Of a stretch of DNA of 64,000 bases, positions 1 to 17,264 are shown in pieces. The notes beneath the pieces are model-generated. The model ran no database searches. It saw only the letters and a program-made list of their open reading frames with translations, and was not told the origin of the DNA. A program made the translations under genes and the position numbers. The stretch lies in NCBI RefSeq assembly GCF_009914755.1, contig NC_060926.1; one strand, written 5' to 3'. Every line of letters starts with the position of its first letter. Positions within the stretch are counted from its first letter, which is position 1. This stretch comes from the human T2T-CHM13v2.0 reference genome, Homo sapiens.

Positions 1-167
1 CCTTGATTGTGTTTGTTTTTATGGTAGTACATACAACATTGTTTTGATTACTGTTGCCATATATTGTAATCTTATCCAGTTGAGTTAATCCTTTCCCTTA
101 TTTTAGAACTATTTAATTTGTAGATATTCAAAACATTTTATATCTACTTCCAGAACTAATTCTTTTG

Positions 168-705
168 TGGCCATGCATCACCTAATGACAGCAATACATT
201 CTGATAAATGTGTCCTTAGGTGATTTCATTGCTGTGCCAACATCATAGAGCGTAATTCCACAAACCTAGATAGGTGCAGCTTACTAAACACCCAGGCTAT
301 ATGGTATAGCCTATTGCTCCCAGGCTACAAACCTGTACAGCATGTTACTATACTGAATACTGTAGGGAATTATAACACAATAGTAAGTATTGTGTATCTA
401 AACATATCTAAGTATAGAAAAGGTATTGTAAAAATACAGTAAAAAGATAATAAGTGGTGCACCCACTGTGTGGGGCACTTACTGTGAATGGAGCTTGCAG
501 CACTGGAAGTTGCTTTGGGTGAGTCAGTGAGTGAGTGGTACGTGGATGTGAAGGACTAGGACATTACTGTAGACTTTATAAACACTGTACACTTAGGCTA
601 TACTAATTTTATTTAAAAATTATCTTCAGTAATAAATTAGCTTGCTCAACTTTATTTATTTTTTTAACTTTTTGACTCTTCTATAAAAACACTTAAATAT
701 AAACA
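168..705. mobile_element. Tigger3/MER7 (TcMar-Tigger) DNA transposon remnant
   Basis: Recognisable consensus GGTATAGCCTATTGCTCCCAGGCTACAAACCTGTACAGCATGTTACT... Confidence 0.8.
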
Positions 706-784
706 CTGTGAGACTCAAAGAAGAGCCAGATGATGGAAGTTTTTAATACTGCCATCCTGAGGTTACCAAAAGAATAGGCAATTG

Positions 785-1378
785 GTGCTGGGCATGGTGG
801 CTCATGCTTGTAATCCCAGTGCTTAGGAATTGGAAGGCTGAGGCTGGCGGATGACTTGAGGTCAGGAATTCGAGACCAGCCTGGCCAACATGGTGAAACT
901 CCATCTCTACTAAAAATACAAAAAATTAGCTGGGCATGGTGGTGCGTGCCTGTAGGCCCAGCTATTTTGGGAGGCTGAGGCCGGAGAATCACATAAGCCC
1001 AGGAGATTGAAGCTGCAGTGAGCTGTGGTTGTCCGCCACTGTACTCCAGCCTGGGTGACAGAGCGAGACCTTGTCTCAAAAAAAAAAAAGAGGCTGGGCA
1101 TGGTGGCTCACTCGTAATCCCAGCACTTTGGGAGGCCGAGTTGGGTGGATCGCCTGAGGTCAGGAGTTCAAGACTAGCCTGGCCAACATGGTGAAACCCC
1201 GTCTCAACTAAAAATACAAAAAAATTAGCTGGTCATGGTGGTGGGCACCTGTAATCCCAGCTACTTCGGGAGGCTGAGGCAGGAGAATGACTTGAACCCG
1301 GGAGGTGGAAGTTGCAGTGAGCCAAGATCACGGCATTGCACTCCAGGGTGGGCAACAAGAAAAAAAAGAAAAAAAAGA
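785..1378 (+). mobile_element. Two tandem Alu elements
   Basis: Dimeric Alu consensus with A-tails at about 1078-1090 and 1356-1378. Confidence 0.95.
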
Positions 1379-1379
1379 G

Positions 1380-1782
1380 TAGGGTGAAGGGAGTTAGTGA
1401 CACAGGTTACAGGAGAGCAGGGTTAGCAAAGGTTGCATGGCTGCCTTGTTACGTGGATGAACCTTCGAGGTAATCTCCAAGCTGCCTTCAGAAAGGTGTA
1501 GCTTGGGATGAAGTGTCTATGTCAGATCTTTGGTCTCTTTTTCCTGTAAGTTAGTCTTTCTTAGATTCATTTAAAGGGGCCTCAGAGAAATCCTGTTTGC
1601 ATTTGCGGTTTACTTCACTAACGTAGATTTCCTCTACATATGCAGATCTCCCCCCATCCCCCCACGTAAAAGACAGCCTTTCAGGGCTGGGTAATCTTGT
1701 TGTGTTTATTGATCTCAGAATAGCCATCTGGAAATATACCGAAGAAGTATATTTTGAGGTGAAATATTCTGGTTTTACCTCA
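1380..1782. mobile_element. ERV1-class (MER4-group-like) LTR remnant interrupted by Alus
   Basis: Terminal tatattttgaggtgaaatattctggtttt..ctca motif typical of MER4-group LTR ends; subfamily not resolved. Confidence 0.5.
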
Positions 1783-3850
1783 CTTCTTGATTTTTATTTT
1801 AGAAGTAGAGAGTGGGTCTCCCTGTGTTGACCAGGCTGCTCTTAAACTCCTGGCCTCAAATGATCCTCCTACCTTGGCTTCCCAAAGTGCTGGGGTTACA
1901 GATGTGAGCCACTGCACCCTGGCCTTGCTTTTTTATTTACTCAAATCATCTGATCTTCTTTTGAAAATTTTGAAATTTCTTTATATAAAATCTCCAATTT
2001 TATTTCCTAGTGTTTTATATTTTTATTGTCAAAATGAATGTGACTTTAAAAAATTATAGTAACTTGTTATTCTTTTGATTCATAACTTAATATGTTGGCC
2101 AGAACTTTCAGGACAATATTGAGCAAAAATGGTGATAAAAGACATCCTTGTGTGTTCCTGAATTACATATAATATAAAAAGTATAGTACTCTGATGACTG
2201 GTGCAAAGAAAACGTTATTGTATTTGGAACAAAGAATGTTTCAAATTGCCTAGGAAAGGGCCTTTAGGAATCCTTAGTTCTTCAGAGTATTTGAACAACA
2301 CTGTGCTCAAAATTCTTAAGAAGTACTTTGTCAGTATTTTGTAGAGATTTAAAAATATAACTGGAGGGTTAGGGCTAACATTTAAAATAGTTGCTGGGTC
2401 TACATTTCTTCACAATTAAACGAAGCAAAAATAGGAAGCTGTATACAATCACACATTTAGTTGGGAAATACATTTGTAGGAATTTAGAGGTTAGGGGAGA
2501 TCGTCATGGTCTGTGTTTTTTGATGATACGGCACTTGAGCAGATTGGAATTGCCCAGATTATCATACGTGGAGGAGGAAGGGGAGATTATTATAAAGACT
2601 GGAATGAACATTAACATGGAATTAATCTTTGTTCAGTTTTTGGCTCATTCCTTTGTTACCAGGGCCATTCCAAAGATTGCTGCTAGCGTAGCTGAAAAAA
2701 ACTTAATTATAAAAATTCTAAATAAGTTAATTCAAGAGCTTTTTAAAAGTTTTTTCCATGTGAAGAAGTGATCAAACTGATATGAATGTAATTATTTGGT
2801 CTGTTCAAAATGGGAATCTCCTCTTAGTTTGAAATGATCGTTTGATATAGAGAATTTCTATATTTATTTTTTGTTCTTGCTATTTTTCTTCTCAGCCTAT
2901 GGTTGTCTATGTTTTTGGTGTTAGTTTAAATGCTTTCAAGAGTGTTTTATTATTGTTTACAGTGAATTTATTTAGAATTCTTCTAAGTCTTACTTCTGCT
3001 ATATGCTGCAGACTGTATGGGTGGAATTAAAATTTGTCAATTTAACTGACTTGAATTTGAAAAATAAACATCAATTGTAGTCTTACGTTCAGGAGTATAC
3101 AACAGAAGGGGCTTAAGACTGAATAGCAACATCATTTCTTGTGTGTTATTTAAAATGTAGATTTCAAATGTTTTACCACTACTATCTATCCTTATTTAAA
3201 TTATTTTTAAAAAGACACAGGCAGGTTAATTGTGTCATTCTCCATTCTCAGGTTTCATGTGGCTTGCAACTGTTTGATTTTTAACTGGTCTTTAAAAATG
3301 AACCTAATGTTGAGTGTCTTGTCTTGGCATGCTAAGAATTGTAAACAAAACAAAGAATGAAGTCCTTTCAAACCTTAGATCTTTTTGGCCTAGTACTAGC
3401 TCTGCTCTACTCTGTTTATGTCATTTTATATTGGGGTTGGCAGTTGGCTCTCTGGTTACCTGCCTTTGAACCAGGGACAGAATGGGCAGGTCTTTAACCT
3501 AACAACAGTGGCCTGACTTAAGAGGCTGCAGATGGAATGCCTGCTTCTGTCCTCTCCTTTCCATTGATACCTGCTTGCTCCTATACTAGGCGGCCCATAG
3601 CCTGGGTTTGTCAGTCACTGGGGAATGGTCGGCTTCAGAGTATTATGTCAGCCGTTGCAAGCCTAATGTTATAGATGCAGTGATCAAAAGCAAAACAAAG
3701 CCAAAGCAGTCCCTATCATTAAAGAGCTTTTATTCTAGTAAGAATCTATAGCTATAAATCAAAATTCCATTGGCTCCCAACTTTTCATTACAATCATTTG
3801 TCCTAACATTGACTCTTGTTCAATAGTTATCCCTTTGTGAGACATTCTAA

Positions 3851-4206
<356 letters not shown>

Positions 4207-4856
4207 TAATGCCAACGCTGTGAGTACAGCTCACAAAACTTGAAATCTACACTCTACATCCAGTCTGTCACTGACATTCCCAAATCTCCTTTCTTTGTGT
4301 TCTATTACCAATCTCATAACCATGTTTCAGCCCCTCATTACTTGTGAGGGAACTCTTAAAGGAGGCTGCTATGTCTCTCTCTCTCCTTATCAGGTATCTC
4401 TGCAGAGGAAATTATAAACCATGACTAGCTTTGAAAGTTGAAGTTTAGTTCTGCTCTTGTCACTCCCTTACCAGAAAAATCAAGGGCTTCTCATTACCTC
4501 CAAATAAAGTCTCTTCGAAAAACATCTATGTAGGATCTTCAGTAATGTGTTCATAACCCACTTCTCTTAGCTATCTTCTCTCATTCCATAAAGTACTCCA
4601 GACATTATGAGCTACTTTTCTATGACATTTTAATGCCCCATGACTTTGTTCATGTTCTCATTTCTTTTTTAAAAAATCTTCCCCTGCTGGTGCATTCGTA
4701 CCCTTTAGTTCTTAGCAGAAGTGCCATCTCCTTCATGATATTGTTTCTTACCTAGCTTGAAATGATTTCTCTACTCTTCAGATTCTTATGCTATAACTGT
4801 TAATATGTGTCTCTTATTCTATTTATTTGGTTTATATCATATGTATTTATGCATAG

Positions 4857-5256
<400 letters not shown>

Positions 5257-5477
5257 TAAGGACTAAATGAAGATACCTTTCGGTTAGTTTGGTGTCATTA
5301 TCATCAGTGTTCACTTTAACGAGGTGTTGTACATCTACGTCTGAAAGAATATGCCAAAACTGTGGGCACTTACCTTACACATAAACATTTCTAATGCTAT
5401 GGTGACAGTTGTCATCAGTGGTATGAGACAGTATGCCTTGTCAGTAACAAGACTCCATTTTATTTATTTTTGGACAG

Positions 5478-5580
5478 GAGAATCAGATGAGAGGGAACAA
5501 TCAAAATTGGAAGTTAAAGTTTGGGATCCAAATAGCCCACTTACGGATCGACAGATTGACCAGTTTTTAGTTGTAGCACG
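5478..5580 (+). CDS. MTA3: MTA3 internal coding exon (probably exon 7), ELM2 domain: (G)[33 protein letters not shown](R)
   Basis: ttttggacag acceptor and CG|gtgagt donor; 103 nt, phase 1 to 2; peptide matches the MTA-family ELM2 region. Confidence 0.96.
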
Positions 5581-6922
5581 GTGAGTATGAGTATGGCATT
5601 ATTGAGTCAATAAATTTCTTTATATAAAAGAATTTATAGGTATATGTATTTTTATTTCTTTGTATTCTGCTTTTCTCCCACTGATTGTATTATTTTTTTA
5701 GTTAGGTAAGAAAGCTTAATACGTTATGCTGCTTCCTAATTTTATTAATTTCTGTTTTAAATGAAAATAGTTGTATTAATTTTTACTGATTAAGAAAACA
5801 GAAAAGTATAAAGAAGAAATTCTTTATACCTGAAGAAAATACCTGAAGTCCCACATCCTTAATAAAAAGAGTCATCCTTTTTACTTGACATAGCTTTACT
5901 CTAGACATGGATTATTCAGGTATCAATAAGAATGTGCACCTGGAATTCGCTCACCGCATCCATGTGTGGGTAAGGCCTGTTGCTAAGCATAGCACTTTGC
6001 CTTGAGAGCTTTCAACCTGGCTACCTGGCTGGCTTCCTTCCTTCCTCCCCTTTTCTTAAGAGAATGAATGGGACAGAATTTTATTTTTATTTAAAAAATG
6101 ATAACAGTAAAAGTACATCAGCAAGCAATTGATGAATGAACTGAGGTATACTCATATAGTGAAATATTATTTTATGGCAATTGAATGAATTAAAGCTATA
6201 TGTAGCAAAGAGATAAACATCACAAATAGTGTTGAGGGTATATACCATGTGATCATTTATGTGTATACAGAGTAATTATAAAATGTTTGCTGTGTACAAA
6301 ACTATTTTATTAGTGGATTTTTAAATACATTAAATGGGTATATATAGTATATATGATCTAGGAGTATATATAGGGAACTCTAACAAATTTATAATATTTA
6401 TTTTTTAAAAGAATGAACCAAACATGGCAAAATATTACTATGAGTTAGATCTGGACAGTGGATGCAAGGGTCTTCATTATGTTATTGTCTGATTTTGTGT
6501 TGAACTTATTTCACAATGCAGAGGAAAAAATAGTCTTGGCTCATCCTTAGATATCACTGTTCATAGAGCCAGTCACCATGGACGATCCCACTTTTTATTG
6601 GTGGCCAGGCATTTGGAGTCCAGAGCCCATCACCTAACTACTAAGTGACTGGATGGAGACACTTGATGAGCATTGTAAAGGGGCCAATCTTGTGGCCCCT
6701 TGTTGAGTACAGAATATTGGTCTAGAGTCTCCAGACAGGCTGTCTAGATTGGGGATTGGTTAGGAGACATTGCCATTTTCAAATTAGATTTGTATTCTGT
6801 ATTTTCATTTTTCTGATTGCCAAGGGCTGTATGTTTCCCCTCAAAGCCAGCATGAAGGACACCAAGGAGTTGGTTCCTAGTATGTTTTTGTTTTCAATAT
6901 TTGTTTTAAAAAATAATCTTGT

Positions 6923-8050
<1,128 letters not shown>

Positions 8051-8071
8051 AAATTTCTTCCTTAGGGGTCA

Positions 8072-8179
<108 letters not shown>

Positions 8180-8182
8180 CTA

Positions 8183-8329
<147 letters not shown>

Positions 8330-9036
8330 CTATTGCGCTCCAGCCTGGGTGACAGAGTGAGACCCTGTCTCAAAAAATAAAAATAATAAAAATAAAAAAT
8401 CTCTTCCATAGCAAACATGTTTAAAATACAGGCAGGAAAAGCAGTGAGTCTTCATTTTATGCTGTATGTGTTAAGGTTAGGGTTTCTTACATATTGGAAG
8501 GACTTCCAAATCATTAAAATCAGCATTATGGTAATTTCTTTTTAAATGAGATTTTAGTAGAAATCTGTTTCATGTTGAATCCTCACAGGAAGGGGTTGCT
8601 ACAGTTAATGATATATTGGGGGAAAAATGTAACTGAGTTTTACAATTTGGGCTTAAAAAGTAGTCAAAACTTGCTTTGCTGTAATAGTCAAACTCTGCAG
8701 CTGACTTTTTATTTTTTGAGCCAATTTGAATAAATGTTTTACTCCATGACATGTTATAACAGAGCTTCCCTTTCCTTCTTTTTTACCCCCTGCACAGGCT
8801 ATTTTTTTTCTTGATTTCATGATAACGACCTGTTTATAGTAAATTGGCTTGTCAATTATTATATCTTATAGAGTGAAAATTCTTTTTATTTGATGTTTGA
8901 TTCTCATTCAGAAACTTGTTTTTGCCTCTTCTTTTACAGTTTTTTATTTACTATCCAAATGTGTTTTTTAAAACGTTAAAAAAACAAACCAAAACAGATA
9001 CTTAATTCTTCCTTATTGTGTTTGTGGTTTATTCAG

Positions 9037-9136
9037 TGCTGTTGGGACATTCGCCAGAGCCCTGGATTGCAGCAGTTCTGTGAGGCAGCCTAGTTTGCAT
9101 ATGAGTGCTGCTGCAGCTTCCCGAGACATCACCTTG
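9037..9136 (+). CDS. MTA3: MTA3 coding exon, ELM2: (R)[33 protein letters not shown]
   Basis: attcag acceptor and TTG|gtaaga donor; 100 nt; completes the CG+T Arg codon from the previous exon; not in the ORF track. Confidence 0.97.
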
Positions 9137-9339
9137 GTAAGACATGGTTTGAAATTTTGTGGGTATTTATCCTTCTGTTACTTGTTTAATTTTAAAGCCA
9201 TTGTGGCAATACTGTAGACCGGGAGCTTTTGGGCTCTTAGCCTTCCTGACTGCTAGGTTGATTTGGCTTGGTTACTTGGTTGACTGGGTTATGATAACAC
9301 TCGTCTGTGAGTTGAGAGTTTTTTGTGTCTGTTCATTAG

Positions 9340-9660
<321 letters not shown>

Positions 9661-10522
9661 AGAGGGGCTATTTTCTATATAATTTTATTACATTATAGTT
9701 GATATCTTTTAAATCTATTTACTTTTTTCTTTCGGTGATCAAATGAAGCTTCCTATATTCAGTTTAATTTTACCACTAATGGCTGCCGTGGTCAGGCATA
9801 GGACCTGGCACTTACTGCTTTCTCTGCACTCCAGAAAAGTGGACCTGTGAGTTTTTTGCTGATTGAAGTTACTTACTGTATTTGATTCCTGTTACCCCTT
9901 GTGATAGGCACGGTAGGATGCTCATTTTACACACGAGAAAACTGAGTTTGGTGAGGTTATTTGACCAGTATTCATTACATGTAACAAAAGTTTCAATATT
10001 GTTTTCTAATGAAATGGAATACAATATGGGTTTTTAACTTTCTTATCATAATGCCAATTTGACATGCTTTTCATAAAATATTTATTTTGATAATGTAAGA
10101 ACTCATAGAGGAATACACATCAGATAATAAAAATAAAGACAGGGTCTTACTATGTGATTGCCCAGGCTGGTCTTGAACTCCTCCTGGCTTTAAAGCAGTC
10201 CTCTTGCCTTGACTTCCCAAAGTGCTGGGATTACTGTTGTGAGCCACTGCTCCCAGCCTTGTTTCTTATGCATTTTGTGTACTTCTGTACAATTATAGAT
10301 TGTGACTAAAGCTGTGGAACTCCTTGCCTTTTCCTTTCTCAAAGACTAGAATTGTTCATAGAAGAAAGTTTTGTTTTCTCCATTGGGACATTAATATTTT
10401 ACCCCAAATTTTAGGATCTCCAAAATGGGTTTGTATTTCAGTTGTTTAGAGCTTCGAGAATATTTTATCAGAGAAGCAAGAGTACAGATGTCATGTTTGC
10501 AAGAACTTTAAAAATCAGATAT

Positions 10523-10805
10523 TTCACTTTGGGGGGCTGAGGCCAGTGGATTGCTTGAGCTCAGGAGTTTGATACCAAGGTGGGCAACATAGTGAAACCC
10601 CTGTCTCTACAAAAAAATACAAAAATTAGCTGGGTGTGGTGGCATGCGCCTGTCTTCCCAGATACTTGGGAGGCTGAGATGGGGAGATTGCTTGAGCCTG
10701 GGAGGAGAGGTTGCAGTGAGCTGAGATCATGCTCATGCCACTTGCCCTCTAGCCTGGGTAACAGAGTGAGACCCTGTCTCAAAAAAAAAAAAAAAAAAAA
10801 AAAAA
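10523..10805 (+). mobile_element. AluJ-like element, 5' truncated
   Basis: Alu consensus; A-tail; agatattt flanks. Confidence 0.9.
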
Positions 10806-11999
10806 GATATTTATGTGAACCAGAACTATGTGGAATCTAATAACTACCTGTATATATTTTTCCTGGTCAAAGTGATTTTTGCTCAATTTAAAAATTAATG
10901 TATATCTGTTATGAAAAATTAAAAAATAGTACAGCAGCAGCCAAAAAAAGCTTTGTTCTCATTACCCAGAGTAGAATGTTCTTACTGTTTTGTTTTCTTT
11001 AAGCCCTTTTTTATGCATTATACATAATAATAGCAAATTACAGAATAGTATAGAGGATAATGTAATAAAACTCCATATAAGGGCACCTAAAGCAAATGTT
11101 AATATTTTAGTTCTTCAGGTTAAAAAACTTTTTTTTCAACCATTATAGTTAATGTTGAAGTCTCTAATATTCCCTTCTGAGTCCTACTTCCCTTTACCTC
11201 TGCCTCCTTTCAAGAGCCAGCCACTGTAACAGATCTGCTATGTATGTAGTCTGTGTTTTTATAGTTGTATTATTTATTATTCCAAAACAACATAAATATT
11301 CTTTTGCATATGCTTAAATTTATTGTGTAACACTTGCCATTTGCCCATTATTGAGATCTAGCCATGTTAATAAATATAAACACAGTTCATTCATTTTAAC
11401 TGCTTTCTATTATTTCCAATATTCTTGTATATAATACTACACAACATTATTTATGTATTCTGTTACCAGGGAACATCTGGAGTGCTTTCAAAACGTTTTT
11501 CTTTTGCTGTGTTACTCATAATGCTATGTTGAAAATTTCACACATATCCCTTTGTGAGCATGTGTGTGAGTTTTTAGGCTATAACTAGAGTTATATTTAT
11601 ATATATAAATTTATATATTTCTTGTGTCTTGTTTTTTCTAATGGTTTTAAAGTTTTCTTCATATTTAGGACTGTAAATCTATATAGAGTTTAATTTTGTG
11701 AATAGAGTGAGGTAGGGATCTAATTTTTCTCATATATTAAATTAATTGTCCCAGTACCATTTATTGAATTTGTTTCTTCATGATTTGTAATGCCCCTTTA
11801 TCATATTTTAGGTTCCTAGATATACTTAGGCCTGTTTATAGACTTTTAATCTATTCTCTTTTGTTTTGTAGATCTATTTTTCCCTGTGCAAGCACCACAT
11901 TTTAGTACATTTTGATAACTAAGTCTTATGTGAACTTTCTTTTTAACTGTTTTAAATGACCTCCACCGCCCCTATGTTTTCCCTAACTATATTATATAA

Positions 12000-12299
<300 letters not shown>

Positions 12300-14384
12300 G
12301 ATAAAAATACCTTTTTAAAAATCACTGCAAGAACTTAGTTTTACCCTAATGTTGCATGATCTTATATAGGTAAACTATTATTTATGTAACCAGTCCCTTG
12401 TAGTTTAACACTATTCTTATGAGATACTGCTTCTCAGATTATAACTGGGGATGTGGTCCCTGCTTGAGTGCAAGTGGAAAAGCTTGTTCCTGAGATGGTG
12501 GAGAGTTCTCGTGGCAGCTGGGCTGACTTGCCTGAGGTAGAGAGGGCCTGTGTGGGCTCTTGGTTCACAGCTGCAGCAGCTCACTGCTTCCCACTGCTGG
12601 TGAATGTGCAGGACAGCAGGTGAATTTCTTTTGGGAGAGGGCAGTTTTAGAGGTTTGGTATTTGTTGTCAGTGAAGGTGATATTTTAAAGAAGCATTTTA
12701 AAGAGGATTCTACCTATATACCTTAATTCCTTTAAACATCATTTTATGGCCAAGTACACTGGCTTATGCCTGTAGTCTCAAAACTTTGGGAGGCTGAGGC
12801 AGGATGATCACTTGAGGCCAGGAGTCTGAGACAGGCCTAGGCAACATAACAAGACTCTGTCTCTACAAAACAAAACAAAACAAATTAGCCAGGCATGGTG
12901 GTGAGTGCTTGTAGTTCCAACTATTCGTGAGGCTGAGGTGGAGGGATCCCTTGAGCCAAGAAGTTCGAGGCTGCAGTGAGCTATGATCATCCCAATGTAG
13001 GCAACAGAGTAAGACTCTGTTTCATAAATAATCATTTTCTGTGTAGTTTCTGTAATACTTGCCTCTTATGCTCCTTCTAGGAAGTTACCTTCACACCCTT
13101 CAGTGTTTTTTATCTCTCCTGTTTTGTTTCCATTCTGAAGCTTAGTAATTTTGAGGTCCGATTACTTTTGTATCACATATATTCTTTCTAGTTATTTATT
13201 ACCGTAATTATTTTCTAAAGCAGAAGTAGGCTCAGAGGCTCAGGAAGTGGTGTTTTGTCATGTTTGTATAGCTGGTTTCAGAGATAGGGTTTGGATCTGC
13301 ACTTGATTCCTCCTGAGTAGTTATCTCTCCTCTGTCAGATTACCTCTTCTATCTACCCTTCCACCTCATTTTTGTTAGAATGACTTGGATTTAAGCGTCA
13401 TTATTGTCTTTCTTTGAGGCAGCACTGAAGAAGATGTGTTTTTTTGCTTGCAACATTTAAATACCATGGTTTCCTTCTCATACTGCTTTAGGTTCAGCTT
13501 TACTTAGACTCTTAGATCCTGAGGCATTTATAAAATTGAGTAGTATGGTTAAAAATTAATTATTAGTATGTTGATAATGAGCTTTGCAGATTGTTTCCCA
13601 AAAAGAACATATGAAAGGTTCATTGGTTGTTTTGTACCATTAAATGAAAATGGATTCATCATTCAGTTGAATTTGGGGAGTCACATTCTTTTCTTTGAGT
13701 ATTTATGGTCCTACTACCCCCTCACCCCCCTTACCTTTTTTTTTTTTTTTTTTTTTTTTTTTGAGACAGTTTGCTCTGTTGCCCAGGCTGGAGTGCAGTG
13801 GCGTGATCTTGGCTCACTGCAACCTCTGCTTCCTGGGTTCAAGTGTTTCTCCTGCTTCAGTCTCCTGCCTCAGCCAGTAGCTGAGATTACAGGCGTCCGC
13901 CACCACTGCCGACTAATTACGGTCCTATTCTGATCGCTTTAGCACCTTTTTCTATTAGGTGATCAAACCTTGGATCTGAAGACCTCTTTGAGAGGCCTGC
14001 AGAGAGGGCAGGGTTGTGGAACTGCTGAAACCTGATAGCCCTTCCTAAGTGATTTTCTTTGTGACTTTTATTCTGAGGACTTCAATGGGCTGTCAGCATT
14101 CCTAATCTGACATCGATTTATCCGAGACAATTTATGCTACTTGTCAAATCACCAATAATGTATTGGGAGCAGGTAATTAAACTGTTTGCACATCAGTAGT
14201 TCTCACATCCTCATTTTGAAATCTGTTATGAATATAGTTGAGCTGTGAATTTCAAACACTGCTAATCTAAAATATATAAGATTCATAATTGTTAAAAAAC
14301 ATTGAAGCCATGGGGGCTTTATAGGTTTCACTCGTTTTGTTAAAATATAAGATCTGTTTTATACAATATACAAAGAAGAATATA

Positions 14385-14682
<298 letters not shown>

Positions 14683-15259
14683 TTACAGTACTTACATTGA
14701 TCCTTTCTACCATCACCCCCATGGGAACAAAATTCCTTAGAACCAAGGAAATCCTGCATTAGTTAGTAAGTGGCAGTGAGTTAGTTGATGGAAGTTACAG
14801 CTTCTGACTCCCTGTTTGGTGGTGTTGGCCAGAGCAAGGTCTGCACTCCCCTGGCTTGAAGAACAGAATGTCATGAGCATTGTGAGGGAGCTGGATCGAA
14901 GCCTTAGACCTGCCAAAGTGAAGGTACTGGCTTACACTTTTGCCTGGACTTTGAAGACTAAATAATTTGGGGAGGAGGGGTAAGAATAAAAGAGAAAGAA
15001 GTTTTTGAGTTAGTTTGGAGCCTGATGCGCCTTCTAGAGAAGACTGTTTTACAGGTGATGAGCCGAAGGGACAAAACAATACATTGTATAAGGACTGACA
15101 TTTAATTGGTGACATAATCAGGACTAGAAATTTAGGTTGCCTAATGCCAGGTCTGGTTCTGAGAAAGGCCAAGCTGTGTTGATTTAGGAGGGAGGAAATT
15201 GTGTCCTGGAACACCTCTGATTTCTATGTTATATCTGATCTTTTAAAAGTGTAACTGTT

Positions 15260-15583
<324 letters not shown>

Positions 15584-16836
15584 CTACCTCCTACCTTATA
15601 TCCTTTTAGTGGCTTTTAATTGCATGTAGGGTTAAAACTTAGATCATTACTGGTACTGTAGTCAACAAAACTATTGAGTTTTGCCTGGCCTCTGTCTATA
15701 GCCCCTTTGCCCAAACAGTCCTCCGTCCTCTGGACTCCAGCCAGGCTGTACCCTTCCTTTGGTTTTGTGTCTTGCCACAGGACTTGCATGTTCAGGTCCC
15801 TTTCCCTGATGCTCTCATAGCCCCACATAGTTAACTCTGTTTAAAACCACATCTTGGCTAATCCATCACTTTAGGGCAGGTTGCTTTGTGATGTGCTTAT
15901 GTAGAGAGCCAGGTCTATAATTAAAAACTCATTTTTGTGATTATTTTGTGTCTCTTTCTCTCCTTCCCATTCCCTGCATACCAGCTTGTTATATCCCTTA
16001 GTGTAGTTACTGCATCTGTTTTTCCTCACCATTGAATTCCCAGCACCAAGCATAGTGCCTGGCATATATATATAGGTGTTCACTAAATATTTGAGAATGA
16101 GTAAATTAGCTTCTTTCTCTGGGACATAGGTTCTTATTGAAATAGGTCATTGCAATATATTGTTTTCTGTTCCTTTGTTTAAGCATTTTAATGTTTTATA
16201 GAGAGCGTCTCATCACTAAGAGTGATGTGTATATGTGTATTTGAATTCTAATTTTATTATATCCCCAGAGCTGTACACACACAGTCTGAACACTATGAAC
16301 TGTAGGAAGTTTTAAGCATACCATGCATGCTGCCACATACCCCTCATCCTTTTTAAGAGATGGGGTCATGCTGTGTTGCCCAGGCCAGATTTGAACTTCT
16401 GGGATCAAGCAATCCTCTTGCATCAGCCTCCCGAGGAGTAGCTAGGATTATAGGTGTATGCCAGCATGCCCAGCTGTGATGCACTTAAATTTTGTGTTAT
16501 ATATATTTTATTATAATTTCAAAACTCCTTTTCACCATTTTTAAATGTATTAAGTAGATTCACTCTGGCATTACATACATTCACATTGTTGGTAACTATT
16601 ACCACCATCCATCTCTGGAACATTTTCATTTTCCCAAACAGAAACCTCATCCCCATTAAACTCTAACTCTCCATCCCCTCTGCCCTCTAGCCACTACCCT
16701 TCTACTTTTGTCTCTATGAATTTGACGGCTCTCAGTATCTCATAAGTTTTTCGTTACTGGCTTATTTTCACTTAGCATGTTTTCAAGGTTCATTAATGTT
16801 GTACCATGTGTCAGAATTTCCATCATTTAAAAATTA

Positions 16837-16842
16837 TGTGTG

Positions 16843-16932
<90 letters not shown>
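16837..16932. repeat. Compound (TG)n-(AG)n microsatellite at the tail position of an antisense Alu fragment
   Basis: Direct observation; Alu reverse sequence begins about 16933. Confidence 0.95.
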
Positions 16933-16935
<3 letters not shown>

Positions 16936-17264
16936 TCTTGCTCTGTCCCTCAGCCTGGAATGCAGTGGCGTGATCATAGCTCACTGCAGCCTCAAACTCC
17001 TGGGCTCAAGTGATCCTCCTACTTGAGCCTACCAAGTATTAATAGCTAGAACTACAGTCATGTGCTACCACTCCCAGCTATTAATGCTAAGTAATAATAC
17101 ATTGTGTGTATATACCACATTATGTTACTTTATCAGTGGCCACTTGAGTTGCCTCTATCTTTTGACTGTTGTGAATAACCCTGCTATGAACAAAGGTGTA
17201 CAAATGGAGACATTTTTATGATTCTTTCTTTTCCCCCATCAATCTGTAGCTCATGTATGATCCG

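Noticed and set aside
2391-2771. 126-aa ORF in non-Alu sequence
   Set aside because: Non-ATG start, no recognisable homology, no convincing splice sites; not needed for MTA3 frame continuity
5351-5477. Upstream in-frame extension of the first exon (ORF 5351-5584)
   Set aside because: A clear pyrimidine tract and AG at 5476-5477 mark the true exon start; the upstream residues are intronic read-through
13945-14050. Acceptor-like ttttctattag|GT followed by GC-richer sequence as a cryptic exon
   Set aside because: No convincing nearby donor, and the translation does not resemble MTA proteins
14795-15214. 139-aa minus-strand ORF
   Set aside because: Leu/Ser/Pro-rich reading of purine-biased intronic DNA overlapping MIR-like sequence; no known motif
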